A stretch of 64,000 nt of DNA from an uncultured Spirochaetaceae bacterium (lineage in GTDB: Bacteria > Myxococcota_A > UBA9160 > UBA4427). This document shows positions 19,965-29,772 of this stretch, in pieces. The notes under the pieces are model-generated. The model did not search any database and was not told the DNA's origin. It was given only the letters and a program-made list of their open reading frames with translations. The stretch covers positions 19,974 to 83,973 of the forward strand of contig CAZETS010000012.1 in NCBI GenBank assembly GCA_964515335.1. The letters are read 5' to 3'. A program made the translations under genes and the position numbers. How positions within the stretch are numbered: position 1 is the first letter of the stretch; the number at the start of each line of letters is the position of its first letter.

Positions 19965-21413
19965 CTACGCGGGCGGCCTGCGCAGATGGTGGTCGGTGCG
20001 CCGCTGGAAGGCGTCGGCGACACGCAGCAGGGTCGCCTCGTCGAGCGCCGGCCCGACGAGCTGCAATCCGATGGGCAGCCCGCCGCTCTCCCCGCACGGC
20101 AGAGAGATGCCCGGCAGCCCGGCCAGGTTCGCCGACACCGTGTAGACGTCGCCGAGATACATGCTCATCGGGTCGTCGAGCTTCGCCCCCAGCTCGAAGG
20201 CGACCTCGGGATAGGTCGGCCCGGCGATCAGGTCGCACGCCTCGAAGGCCCGTTCGAAGTCGCGCCGCACCAGCGTCCGCACCTGTTGGGCCTTCTTGTA
20301 GTACGCGTCGAAGTAGCCCGCCGAGAGCACGTAGGTGCCGAGCAGGATGCGGCGCTTCACCTCGGACCCGAATCCCTCGGAGCGCGAGCGGCGGTACATC
20401 CGATCGACGTCCTCGGCGCCGCTGGCGCGCCGCCCGTAGCGGGCCCCGTCGTAGCGCGCGAGATTGCTCGAAGCCTCGGCGGTGGCGACCAGGTAGTAGG
20501 TCGAGACCACGTAGGGCGTGTGGGGCAGCTCGACCTCCACGAGCTTCGCGCCCCCGGCCTCGAGCTCGGCGAGACCCGTACGCACCGCGGCGAGAACCGC
20601 TGGGTCGGCGCCGTCTTCGACGAAGTACTGCTTCGGCACTCCGATGCGCACACCGGACACCTCGCCGGTGAGCGCCGCGTCGAGCGCGAGGGGCGGCTCG
20701 GGGAGCGACGTCGAGTCACGCGGGTCGTGGCCCGAGATCGCCTCGAGGACCCACGCGCACTCGCGCACGCTGTGACTGAGCGGACCGATCTGATCGAGCG
20801 ACGACGCGAACGCCACCAGTCCGAAGCGCGAAACGCGGCCGTAGGTGGGCTTCATGCCGACCACGCCGCAGAACGAGCCCGGCTGACGGATCGATCCACC
20901 CGTGTCGCTGCCGAGCGCCACGCCGGTGACGCCCGCCGCCACCGCCGCCGCCGAGCCGCCCGACGAGCCGCCGCACGAACGCGACGGATCCCAGGGATTG
21001 CGCGAGGGCCCGAAGATCGAATTCTCGGTCGACGAGCCCATCGCGAACTCGTCCATGTTGGTTCGCCCGACGATCACGGCCCCGGCGCCGCGCAGCCGCT
21101 CGACTACCGTCGCGTCGTAGGGCGAAACGAAGTCCTCGAGGATGCGCGACGCGCAGGTCGACAGCTCGCCGCGCACCACCAGGTTGTCTTTGAGCAGGAT
21201 CGGTGCGCCGTCGAGCGGAGAGCGGAGCTCGCCCGCGGCCCGCCGGGCGTCGGACGCGTCGGCCTCGGCGAGCGCCGCCTCGGCGCGCAGGCCGACCACT
21301 GCGTTCAGTCGCGTGCCCGCGCCTTCGGCCCGCTCCAGCGCGCGGGCCGCCAGCTCGCGCGACGACACGCCGCCGGCGTCGAGAGCGGCGCGCTGCTCCT
21401 CGAGGGTCTCCAC
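19965..21413 (-). CDS. gatA: Asp/Glu-tRNA amidotransferase subunit A
   Basis: NMDEFAMGSSTE, GGSSGGSAAA, GSDTGGSIRQP, EVKRRILLGT. Confidence 0.97.
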   Translation of the reverse strand: METLEEQRAALDAGGVSSRELAARALERAEGAGTRLNAVVGLRAEAALAEADASDARRAAGELRSPLDGAPILLKDNLVVRGELSTCASRILEDFVSPYDATVVERLRGAGAVIVGRTNMDEFAMGSSTENSIFGPSRNPWDPSRSCGGSSGGSAAAVAAGVTGVALGSDTGGSIRQPGSFCGVVGMKPTYGRVSRFGLVAFASSLDQIGPLSHSVRECAWVLEAISGHDPRDSTSLPEPPLALDAALTGEVSGVRIGVPKQYFVEDGADPAVLAAVRTGLAELEAGGAKLVEVELPHTPYVVSTYYLVATAEASSNLARYDGARYGRRASGAEDVDRMYRRSRSEGFGSEVKRRILLGTYVLSAGYFDAYYKKAQQVRTLVRRDFERAFEACDLIAGPTYPEVAFELGAKLDDPMSMYLGDVYTVSANLAGLPGISLPCGESGGLPIGLQLVGPALDEATLLRVADAFQRRTDHHLRRPPA

Positions 21414-21416
21414 CGT

Positions 21417-21719
21417 TCAGCCCTCCTCGCCCTCGAGGACCTTGGGGACCACGAAGGCCGTGCCGTCCCGCAGCGGGGCGTTCCCGAGCGCGAGCTCGGG
21501 ATCGAGCGGGGGCGACGGCTCGTCGGGCCGCGTGGGCGTGGCGAGCGGGATCGCGTGGGCGGTGGGCTCGATGCCGGCGGTGTCGAGCCGCGCCAGCTGA
21601 TCGACGTGCCCGAGGATCTGGTCGAGGTCGCGGGTCAGCGCCCCGATCTCGTCGTCCGACAGGTCGAGGCGCGCGAGATCGGCGGTGCGCTCGACGTCCT
21701 CCCGCGAGATACGTGACAT
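21417..21719 (-). CDS. gatC: Asp/Glu-tRNA amidotransferase subunit C
   Basis: ISREDVERTADLARL...NAP...FVVPKVL; first gene of gatCAB. Confidence 0.95.
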   Translation of the reverse strand: MSRISREDVERTADLARLDLSDDEIGALTRDLDQILGHVDQLARLDTAGIEPTAHAIPLATPTRPDEPSPPLDPELALGNAPLRDGTAFVVPKVLEGEEG

Positions 21720-21808
21720 TCGCGCAGGCTAGCAGCCCTCCCGCGGGACACGAGCCGCGGCGGCGCCATTGCCAAGCCACCGCCCCACCGATAGCCTGCC
21801 ACCCCGAA

Positions 21809-23335
21809 ATGACTGAACTTTCAGAGCTTTTTTCAGAGGTCTCCGAGGACGTCCAGGCGTCGCTGCACGACCTCGGCTGGCACAAGCCCACCCCCGTTCA
21901 GGCCAAGGCCATTCCGCTCATGCGGGGCGGCGGCGACCTGATCGTTCAGGCCCAGACCGGCAGCGGCAAGACCGGCGCCTTCGGGATCCCCCTCGTCGAG
22001 GCGGTCGACACCGACCGCGGGGTCATCCAGGCGCTCGTCATGCTGCCGACCCGCGAGCTCGCCAACCAGGTGGCCGTGGAGGTGACCACCCTCGGCAAGC
22101 ACCGCGGTGTGCGGGTGCTCGCCGTCTACGGCGGTGTCGGCTACGGCGAGCAGATCGAGAGCCTCGAACGCGGCGTCCACATCATCGTGGGCACGCCCGG
22201 CCGCATCCTCGACCACCTCAGCAACGGCCGCATGGATCTGGGGGACACGCGCGTGCTCGTGCTCGACGAGGCCGACGAGATGCTGTCGCTCGGCTTCTGG
22301 CCCGACATGCGCGAGGTGGCGACGTACCTGCCCGAGAAGCGCCAGTCGCACCTCTTCTCGGCGACGATCCCCGAGAAGGTCCGCTCGCTGTCGCGCTTCT
22401 TCCTGACCGACCCCGAGTTCGTCGCCGTCGACGACGGCGTGAGCGCGCCGCAGCAGATCGAGCACTACTACTACGTCTGCACCGCCAACGAGAAGGATCC
22501 CCTCCTCGCCCGGCTGCTCGAGTACGAGGACCCGGAGAGCGCGATCATCTTCTGCAACACCAAGGCCGACGTCCGCTACGTGACGGGCTACCTGCAGAAG
22601 CGCGGCTTCAACGTGGACCAGATCTCCGGCGACCTCCCGCAGCCGGCTCGCGAGAAGGCCATCCAACGCATCAAGGCCGGCGAGCTGCGCTACCTCGTCG
22701 CCACCGACGTCGCGGCGCGCGGGATCGACATCAGCGACCTCACCCACGTCATCGGCTACGCGACGAGCGACCAGCCGGAGGTCTACCTGCACCGCACGGG
22801 CCGAACCGGCCGCGCCGGAAAGTCGGGCGTGGCGATCTCGCTGGTGTCGGGTCTCGACATCGGCAACTTCAAGCACATGCAGAACGTCAACAAGATCGAG
22901 ATCGCCGAGCGCAAGCCGCCCACCGAAAAGAACATGCTCGAGCGCGTCCGCGAGCGCCTGCAGGTGAAGGTCGAGCAGGAGATGCGGGCCCGGCCGCCCG
23001 CCGAGGTGCGCTACGCGGTCGAGCGGCTGATCCCGGTGATCGAGGAGATGGCGGGCTCGCACGAGGGCCGCAAGGACCTCGCCGGCATCTGCGCCGCCTA
23101 CCTGGCCGAGCACCGGCCCGAGACGACGATCGCCGCCGAACCCGACGCCGGGTCCGGGCCTTCGCCCGCCGCGGCGCGCGAAGGCGAGGACAGCGGACCT
23201 CCGCGCCGGGACGACGATCCGGGCCGCAAGCGCCGGCGCCGCGGCGGGGGCGGGGGCGGAGGCAGAGGCGGCGGATCGGGCGGCGGGCGCGGCAACCGGA
23301 GCCGGTCTGGCGGCGGGCGCAAGAGCGGGCGCTGA
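21809..23335 (+). CDS. DEAD-box RNA helicase
   Basis: PTPVQ, AQTGSGKT, PTRELA, TPGR, DEAD, SAT, ARGID, HRTGRTGR; Arg/Gly-rich tail. Confidence 0.95.
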   Translation: MTELSELFSEVSEDVQASLHDLGWHKPTPVQAKAIPLMRGGGDLIVQAQTGSGKTGAFGIPLVEAVDTDRGVIQALVMLPTRELANQVAVEVTTLGKHRGVRVLAVYGGVGYGEQIESLERGVHIIVGTPGRILDHLSNGRMDLGDTRVLVLDEADEMLSLGFWPDMREVATYLPEKRQSHLFSATIPEKVRSLSRFFLTDPEFVAVDDGVSAPQQIEHYYYVCTANEKDPLLARLLEYEDPESAIIFCNTKADVRYVTGYLQKRGFNVDQISGDLPQPAREKAIQRIKAGELRYLVATDVAARGIDISDLTHVIGYATSDQPEVYLHRTGRTGRAGKSGVAISLVSGLDIGNFKHMQNVNKIEIAERKPPTEKNMLERVRERLQVKVEQEMRARPPAEVRYAVERLIPVIEEMAGSHEGRKDLAGICAAYLAEHRPETTIAAEPDAGSGPSPAAAREGEDSGPPRRDDDPGRKRRRRGGGGGGGRGGGSGGGRGNRSRSGGGRKSGR

Positions 23336-23392
23336 TCGAAGCACGCGCGGGGCCGGCCCGCCGGCACGCCGCGGCGCGTCGCGGCCGGCGGG

Positions 23393-24691
23393 ATGGGCTG
23401 CGCGTTGAGGGCCGAGCTGGGCGCGCTGCGGATGCTCGACGGGCCCTGGCGCCGACTGCGCGAACCCGGCGCGTGGCTGGCGGCCGTGATCGCAGTGGGC
23501 GCGCTGCCGCGCCTCTTCCTCGTGCTCGCCAGCGAGGGCACGCTGGACGCGGTCGTCTGGCTCGCGCTGGTGGACGACGTCCGCGAGCGCGGCCTGCTCG
23601 CCGCCTACGAGGGCGGCACCTACACCCTCAACCATCCGCCGGTCGCCGTCTGGCTCGGCATCGGCCTGCGCGAGCTCGGCCTGGCCACCGGCGTGCCCTT
23701 CGCGGTGCTCTTCCGTGCACCGGTAGCGCTGCTCGACGGCGCCACCTTCGCGGGCATCGTGTGGCTGTTCGGCGCGTCGGCGGATCCGCGCTGGCGCAAC
23801 GCGCGCTTCGTGATCGCGTCGGCCTGGTGGCTGTCGCCGGTGCCGATCCTGCTGTCGTCCTTCCACGGAAACACCGATCCGGTGGTGGCCCTCCTGCTGG
23901 TGATCGCCGCGGGCGCAGTCGCCCACGGCCGCTATGTGCTGGCGGGCCTGGTCGTCGGCCTGGGGCTCTGGGTGAAGATCCCCGGCGTGCTGGTGGCTCC
24001 GCTGCTCGCGCTCGCGGTGCCCGACTGGCCGAACCGCCTCCGCTTCACCGCCGCCGCGGCGGGAGCCGGGCTCGCCGGGTACCTGCCGTGGCTCCTGCAG
24101 GACGCCGAGACGGTGATCCGCTCGGTCTTCCTGTATCCGGGCCTGCGCATCCAGACGACCGCCGGCATGCCGATCTGGGGCCTCGAGCGCTTCGCGCCGG
24201 ATTGGCGCGACGTGGCCCCCGCCTGGCGGGACGGCTACCGGGCGCTGCTGATCGGCTGGCTGCGCGCCAACACGCTGATCTGCCTGGCGCCGATCGCGCT
24301 GCTCGCCGTGGCGCGCCGGGGCCGACGCGACGCCGCCGCGCTGGCGGCCGGCGTGGCCGGCAGCTACGCGATCCTCTACGGCCTCTCGAATCTCTGGTCG
24401 TTCCAATACCTGGCGTGGTCGGCCCCGTTCTGGTGGGCGCTCGGCTGGCGCTGGGGCGCCGCCGCGACCGCGCTCTCCACCGCGTACGTGTACGGGCTGT
24501 ACGCCTGGCTGTGCGACAGCTGGCTGCTCGTCGGGCCGTGGGACTTCGTCGGTCGACCCGAGTGGCCGCTCGCGCTCAGGCTGGCGCGCGACGCCTGCAT
24601 CCTCTTCTTCGCCGCCACGGCGCTCGCACAGATCGCCGGCGCCATCCGCGACGAGTGGCGCCGTCACCGGCGGCGCATCCTGGTAGGATAG
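23393..24691 (+). CDS. GT-C membrane glycosyltransferase (GT87/PIG-M-like)
   Basis: GTLD, NHPP, HGNTD, GLGLWVK, WSFQYLAW; multi-TM. Start may be a later ATG. Confidence 0.65.
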   Translation: MGCALRAELGALRMLDGPWRRLREPGAWLAAVIAVGALPRLFLVLASEGTLDAVVWLALVDDVRERGLLAAYEGGTYTLNHPPVAVWLGIGLRELGLATGVPFAVLFRAPVALLDGATFAGIVWLFGASADPRWRNARFVIASAWWLSPVPILLSSFHGNTDPVVALLLVIAAGAVAHGRYVLAGLVVGLGLWVKIPGVLVAPLLALAVPDWPNRLRFTAAAAGAGLAGYLPWLLQDAETVIRSVFLYPGLRIQTTAGMPIWGLERFAPDWRDVAPAWRDGYRALLIGWLRANTLICLAPIALLAVARRGRRDAAALAAGVAGSYAILYGLSNLWSFQYLAWSAPFWWALGWRWGAAATALSTAYVYGLYAWLCDSWLLVGPWDFVGRPEWPLALRLARDACILFFAATALAQIAGAIRDEWRRHRRRILVG

Positions 24692-24715
24692 GACGGACGG
24701 GGCCGAGACCACGCC

Positions 24716-26146
24716 ATGCTGTTCAGCTCGACGGTCTTTCTGTTCGCCTTCCTGCCGATCGTCCTGACGCTACACCTGCTGCTGCGGGACGTGCGCCACC
24801 GCAATGCGCTGCTGCTGGCGGCGAGTCTCTTCTTCTACGCCTGGGGGGAGAAGCTCTACGTCGCCGTGCTCCTGGCGTCGATCGCGGTCAACTACCTCTT
24901 CGGCCTCTGGATCGCTCGTAGCCGGGACCGCCGCGGCGATCGACTCGCCCTCTTCACGGCCGTCACGGCGAATCTCGGTCTGCTCGGCGCCTTCAAGTAC
25001 GCGAACTTCGTGGTCGACCAGCTCGCCCCGCTGCTGGCGGCGGCCGGACTCCCGCCGATCACGCTGTCCCCCATCCACCTGCCGATCGGCATCTCGTTCT
25101 TCACCTTCCAGTCGATCACCTACGTGGTCGACATCCACCGGCGGCAGGCGGACGCGCAGTCGAGCCCGCTGCGCGTCGGGCTGTACATCGCCCTCTTCCC
25201 CCAGCTGATCGCCGGGCCGATCGTCCGCTACCGCCGCATCGCCGAGCAGCTTGGCAGGCGAAACCCCCGCATCGACGACCTGGCGGCTGGCCTGCGCCGC
25301 TTCGTGACCGGACTCGGCAAGAAGGTGCTCGTCGCCAACACGCTGGCGGTGCCCGCCGACGCGATCTTCGCGATTCCCACGAATCAGCTCGAGACGCCGG
25401 TGGCCTGGTTCGGCATCGTCTGCTTCGCGTTCCAGATCTACTTCGACTTCGCGGGCTACAGCGACATGGCGATCGGCCTCGGGCGTTGCCTCGGCTTCGA
25501 CTTTCCCGAGAACTTCGACTGGCCCTACACGGCGCGCTCGCTACGCGAGTTCTGGCGCCGCTGGCACATGTCGCTGTCGACGTTCTTCCGCGACTACCTC
25601 TACATCCCACTCGGCGGCAACCGCCGCGGCACCGGCCATACGGCGCTGAACCTGCTCGCGGTGTTCCTGCTCTGCGGACTGTGGCATGGCGCGGCGTGGA
25701 CCTTCGTGGTGTGGGGCCTCGTGCACGGCCTGTTCCTCTCGCTCGAGCGCACCCGCGCGGGCCGCGGCCTCGCGCGCCTCCCCGCCCCGCTCCAGCAGGC
25801 GTACGCGCTGGCGGTCACGCTCGTCGCGTGGGTGTTCTTCCGCGCCGACACGCTCGACCAGGCGCTCGCCCATCTCGCGGTCATGGCGGGCCGGGGTGCG
25901 GCCCCGGGCGGAGCGTGGCCGCTGATCGTCTTCGCCGACACGGTCGTGATCGCGGCCCTGGTGGCCGCGCTGACCTCGCTGCTGCCGGCCACGCGCCGGC
26001 TCGCGGGCCGGCTCGCGGCGCTCTACGAATCACCGGGCTGGCCGCTCGAGCTGGCAAGGCTCTCCGCCGTGGTGCTGACGGGCCTGCTCTGCGCGATGTC
26101 GCTCGCCACGGGCACCCACGATCCGTTCATCTACTTCCGGTTCTGA
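24716..26146 (+). CDS. MBOAT O-acyltransferase (AlgI/PatA-like)
   Basis: LPIGISFFTFQ, FPQLIAGPI, YFDFAGYSDMAIG, FWRRWHMSLS, GLWHGA, PFIYFRF. Confidence 0.93.
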   Translation: MLFSSTVFLFAFLPIVLTLHLLLRDVRHRNALLLAASLFFYAWGEKLYVAVLLASIAVNYLFGLWIARSRDRRGDRLALFTAVTANLGLLGAFKYANFVVDQLAPLLAAAGLPPITLSPIHLPIGISFFTFQSITYVVDIHRRQADAQSSPLRVGLYIALFPQLIAGPIVRYRRIAEQLGRRNPRIDDLAAGLRRFVTGLGKKVLVANTLAVPADAIFAIPTNQLETPVAWFGIVCFAFQIYFDFAGYSDMAIGLGRCLGFDFPENFDWPYTARSLREFWRRWHMSLSTFFRDYLYIPLGGNRRGTGHTALNLLAVFLLCGLWHGAAWTFVVWGLVHGLFLSLERTRAGRGLARLPAPLQQAYALAVTLVAWVFFRADTLDQALAHLAVMAGRGAAPGGAWPLIVFADTVVIAALVAALTSLLPATRRLAGRLAALYESPGWPLELARLSAVVLTGLLCAMSLATGTHDPFIYFRF

Positions 26147-26164
26147 TCGGAGCACGAGCGCGCG

Positions 26165-27364
26165 ATGTCCGACCGACACGAAGATCAGAGCCACGGCGCC
26201 CCGAAGCAGCGGGCGACCCGCGCCGGTGTCGTCACCGTCGCGACGCTGCTGGTCGCGCTGTGGCTGCCGTTCGTCGCGCAGTGGTTCCTGCCGGTCCCGA
26301 AGCTCTCCTCCACGGAAAAGCGCTTCCGCGCACCGTGGCCCGTCCTCGAGGCGACGCGAGAGAGCCTAGTGACGTGGCCTTCCCGCGCCGAGGCCTGGTA
26401 CGACGACCACCTCGGGTTTCGCGACTGGCTGATCGGCGCCTGGGCGAACCTCAACATCCGCCTCTTCGGCGTCTCGCCGATCGAGCTGACGGTGGTCGGC
26501 AAGGACGGCTGGCTGTTTCTCGGCGACCGCGATGCGATCGCCCACTACCGCGGCCTCGACCCGCTCTCGCCCCAGGAGCTCGAGGCCTGGCGACGCGTCA
26601 CCGTCGAGCGCCGCGACTGGCTGGCCGAGCGCGGCATCGCCTACCTGCTGGTGCTGGTGCCCGACAAGCACCTCGTCTACCGCGAGCACATGCCCGACTC
26701 GCTGCCGCGGAGCAGCGAGTCCCATCCCCTCGAGCAGCTGTCGAGCCACCTGCAGGCCACCACCGACGTCGACGTGCTCGACCTGCGTCCGGCGCTGCTC
26801 GCCGCCAAGGCGCGCGGCCGGGTCTACCACAAGACCGACTCGCACTGGAACGACGTCGGCGCCTGGGAGGCGTACCGCGCGATCCACGAGCGGCTGCAGC
26901 AGATGCTGCCGGCGCTCGCCGGCGTGCCGGCGGCGGCGATCGATCCCGGTCGGCGCGTCGAGCCCGGCCTGGGCCTCGCCAACGCGATCGCGATGGCCGA
27001 CGCGTACCCGGAGGAGATCCTCGAGGCGCGCCTCGTGGCCCCGCGCGCGACGCTGCGACCGGATCGGGCCCCCGAAAAGCGCGGCATCGCGAAGACGCTG
27101 CGGCCCGTCCGGTACCAACACCCCGACCGCTCCCGGCCGCGCGCGGTGATGTTCCGCGACTCGTTCGCCAACGCGCTGATCCCCTACCTCGCCGAGGACT
27201 TCTCGCGCGTCGCCTTCGTGTGGGATCGCGACCTCGACCCGGAGCTGGTCCTGCGCGAGCGGCCGGACGTCGTCATCCAGGAGATCGTCGGGCGCTTCCT
27301 CGGCCGCCGGCCGAAGGACATCGACGAAGTGCGCGCCCGCAGCAGCAGACTGCGGGATCGGTGA
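26165..27364 (+). CDS. AlgJ/AlgX-family SGNH-like O-acetyltransferase
   Basis: GKDGWLFL, VPDK, KTDSHWN (DxH), RDSF. Confidence 0.88.
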   Translation: MSDRHEDQSHGAPKQRATRAGVVTVATLLVALWLPFVAQWFLPVPKLSSTEKRFRAPWPVLEATRESLVTWPSRAEAWYDDHLGFRDWLIGAWANLNIRLFGVSPIELTVVGKDGWLFLGDRDAIAHYRGLDPLSPQELEAWRRVTVERRDWLAERGIAYLLVLVPDKHLVYREHMPDSLPRSSESHPLEQLSSHLQATTDVDVLDLRPALLAAKARGRVYHKTDSHWNDVGAWEAYRAIHERLQQMLPALAGVPAAAIDPGRRVEPGLGLANAIAMADAYPEEILEARLVAPRATLRPDRAPEKRGIAKTLRPVRYQHPDRSRPRAVMFRDSFANALIPYLAEDFSRVAFVWDRDLDPELVLRERPDVVIQEIVGRFLGRRPKDIDEVRARSSRLRDR

Positions 27365-27373
27365 CCCGCGGCG

Positions 27374-27808
27374 CTACTTCACCGTCAGCACGGGGCAAGG
27401 CGCGTGGCGCAGCGTGCGCTCGGCGATGCTGCCGAGCAGCACGTGCTTGAGCCCCGTGTTGCCCCGAGTGCCCATCACGATCAGATCGCTGCCGAGCTCG
27501 CGCGCCAGCGCATCGATCGCGGCGTCCGGCGGCCCGTCGCGCAGGTGGCTCTCGACCGTCACGCCCCCCGCGGCCACCTCCTTCTCGACACGCTCGAGCT
27601 CGCGGCCCGCGGCGGCGCGCGCTTCACCGACGAAGTTGTCGGGCAACGCCACCTCGTAGGGGGTCATCACCGGAAGCGGCAGCTCGAAGGCGTGCACCAG
27701 GTCGACCTTCGCCGCGAACTGCTTGGCGATGCCGACGCCGGCCTCGACGGCCTTGTGGCTGTGCTCGGAGAAATCGACTGCGATCAGGATGCGCTCGTAC
27801 AGGGCCAC
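27374..27808 (-). CDS. Universal stress protein
   Basis: RILIAVDFS, DLIVMGTRG, LLGSIAERTLRHAPCPVL. Confidence 0.93.
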   Translation of the reverse strand: MALYERILIAVDFSEHSHKAVEAGVGIAKQFAAKVDLVHAFELPLPVMTPYEVALPDNFVGEARAAAGRELERVEKEVAAGGVTVESHLRDGPPDAAIDALARELGSDLIVMGTRGNTGLKHVLLGSIAERTLRHAPCPVLTVK

Positions 27809-27850
27809 GAAACCGGCCTCCTCTCTGACTCTGGATTCACCACGATCGAC

Positions 27851-28798
27851 TCACACCTCGACGAGGAGCTCCTCGCGCGGTGCGCCGGGCCGGCGCAGCT
27901 CGAGGCTCCGGCGCGTCGGGATGAGCCGCACCCACGCCCCCGCCGCCGCTTCGTCCGGCGGGCAGAGCGCCTTCTCGTCGAGCAGGCGTTCGCTGCCCGC
28001 GGCGTCGCGCAGCGCATCGGCGATGCGCTCGGGCCGACCGGCGGCCAGCGGCGCTTCGTCGGCGCGCTCGTGGCGACGCTTCGCTCCCTCGAAGTGCACC
28101 GCGGCCCGCGCCCCGTCTGCGTCGGCCACGAGCAACGTGCCGAACCCCCAGGCCGGCCGGCTCGTCGCCCAGTCGAGCGCCGTCTCGACCGACTCGAAGC
28201 GCTGCAGGCACTCCTGCACGAGCAGCAGCGGAGAAGGCCCCGCCACGACGGGCCCGGACGTCGCCGGCAGGGGGACCATGCAGGCCGCGAGCCCCGCGGC
28301 GTTCACCCCGGCCAGCGACGAGGCGAGCCACGGCTGCGCGAGCTCGACCGACTCGAAGCCGACGGCCGGGCTGCTTCGCCGGACCACGATTCCGCCGTCC
28401 CCGAAGAGCCGGCTCGGCAGACTCCGCGCCAGCGTCACGCCGGGCGAGTCGTGAAGCCCGATCGCCGAGATGGACACGGCGGGCTGCGTCTCGATCGCGT
28501 CGTCGCCGAGGCAGGCGGTCCGCGCGTGCAGGACCAGAATCGTATCGACCGGCACGCCGGCGCCGCGGGCGACGCCATCCATGCGTTCGGCGAGGTGCGT
28601 GTAGTGCCTGATCGTCTCGCGCGCGACTCCCGCGGAGCGGACCGGGCCGGACGTGAAGGGCGCAAGCGACGGCCAACGCCGGCGCTTCGTCGCGAGCCCG
28701 CGATGGGCGGCCGCCTCGCGCACCGAGTACGCCAGGGCGCGCCCCTGCGCGAGACCCATGTCCCGGGGATGCCCGGCGACGTCGACGGCCGAGAACAT
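27851..28798 (-). CDS. Peptidase C45/AAT-like Ntn-hydrolase homolog, apparently catalytically degenerate
   Basis: N-terminal GHPRDMGLAQG, MDGVARGAGV, LAGVNAAGLA, LLVQECLQRFESVETA. ATG overlaps the larE stop (TGATG). Confidence 0.6.
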   Translation of the reverse strand: MFSAVDVAGHPRDMGLAQGRALAYSVREAAAHRGLATKRRRWPSLAPFTSGPVRSAGVARETIRHYTHLAERMDGVARGAGVPVDTILVLHARTACLGDDAIETQPAVSISAIGLHDSPGVTLARSLPSRLFGDGGIVVRRSSPAVGFESVELAQPWLASSLAGVNAAGLAACMVPLPATSGPVVAGPSPLLLVQECLQRFESVETALDWATSRPAWGFGTLLVADADGARAAVHFEGAKRRHERADEAPLAAGRPERIADALRDAAGSERLLDEKALCPPDEAAAGAWVRLIPTRRSLELRRPGAPREELLVEV

Positions 28799-29664
28799 CA
28801 GTGGTCCTGCCGCGGATCGCCGACGAGCACGCGGCTCGACTCGGCGAGTCCGGCATTGAGGGATCCCATCCGGTACCCGTCGGCGTCGACGCACACCCAC
28901 CGGAAGCCGAGCGGCTTGATGGCCTCGGAGATGTCTCGCAGGCGGGCCGCATCGAGACCGTCGGCGAGCTCGCGCGGATCGATCTCGATGCGCGCCACCT
29001 CCCCGTGGTGCCGCAGGCGCACCTGGCTGAAGCCGAGCCCACGCAGCCGAGCCTCGCCCTCCTCGACCTGCGAGAGGCGCTCGGGCGTCACTTCGGTTCC
29101 GTACGGCAGCCGCGAGGCCAGGCAGGCGGAGGCGGGGAGATCCCAGCAAGGCAGGCCGGCCTCCCGGGCCAGGGTGCGAATGCCCGACTTGTCGAGCCCC
29201 GCATCGAGCAGCGGCGACAGCACGCGATGCTCGGCCGCGGCGCGGTGCCCCGGGCGATGGTCGCCGCGGTCGTCGACGTTGATCCCGTAGGCGAGCGCGT
29301 CGAAGCCGAGCTCGTCGAGCAGCGACTCCATGCGGACGAACAGCTCGGTCTTGCAGTGGTAGCAGCGGTCCGGCGCGTTGCGTCGGTAGCTCACCTGCTC
29401 CATCTCGTGGGTCTCGACGAAGCGGTGGGAGATGCCGAAGTCCTGCACGATCCGCTCGGCCATCTCGCGGTGACTCGCCGGGTAGGAGGGCGAGACCGCG
29501 GTCACCGCCAGCGCGTCGTCGCCGAGGGCGCGCGCCGCCGCCCAGGCCAGGTAGCTCGAGTCGACGCCCCCGGAGAAGGCGACGAGCAGGCGCCCGGCCG
29601 AGGCCAGACGCTCGAGCAGGACGTCCTGCTGGGACAGCAGCGCCGGCGGGAGGGGGGTGGACAC
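28798..29664 (-). CDS. larE: ATP-dependent sulfur transferase LarE family
   Basis: AFSGGVDS PP-loop, RCYHCK, DDRGDHRPG, PASACLASR, QVRLRHH, GYRMGSLN. Confidence 0.9.
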   Translation of the reverse strand: MSTPLPPALLSQQDVLLERLASAGRLLVAFSGGVDSSYLAWAAARALGDDALAVTAVSPSYPASHREMAERIVQDFGISHRFVETHEMEQVSYRRNAPDRCYHCKTELFVRMESLLDELGFDALAYGINVDDRGDHRPGHRAAAEHRVLSPLLDAGLDKSGIRTLAREAGLPCWDLPASACLASRLPYGTEVTPERLSQVEEGEARLRGLGFSQVRLRHHGEVARIEIDPRELADGLDAARLRDISEAIKPLGFRWVCVDADGYRMGSLNAGLAESSRVLVGDPRQDH

Positions 29665-29772
29665 CGCAGCAGAGTACGAACCCGCCGAATCGGGGTCAAC
29701 ACGGGCCCTCGGAGCCTGGGGGCCGGAACGATCCTCCCAGGCCCGGGGTCGGCTATGGTGGAGCACAGGGGG

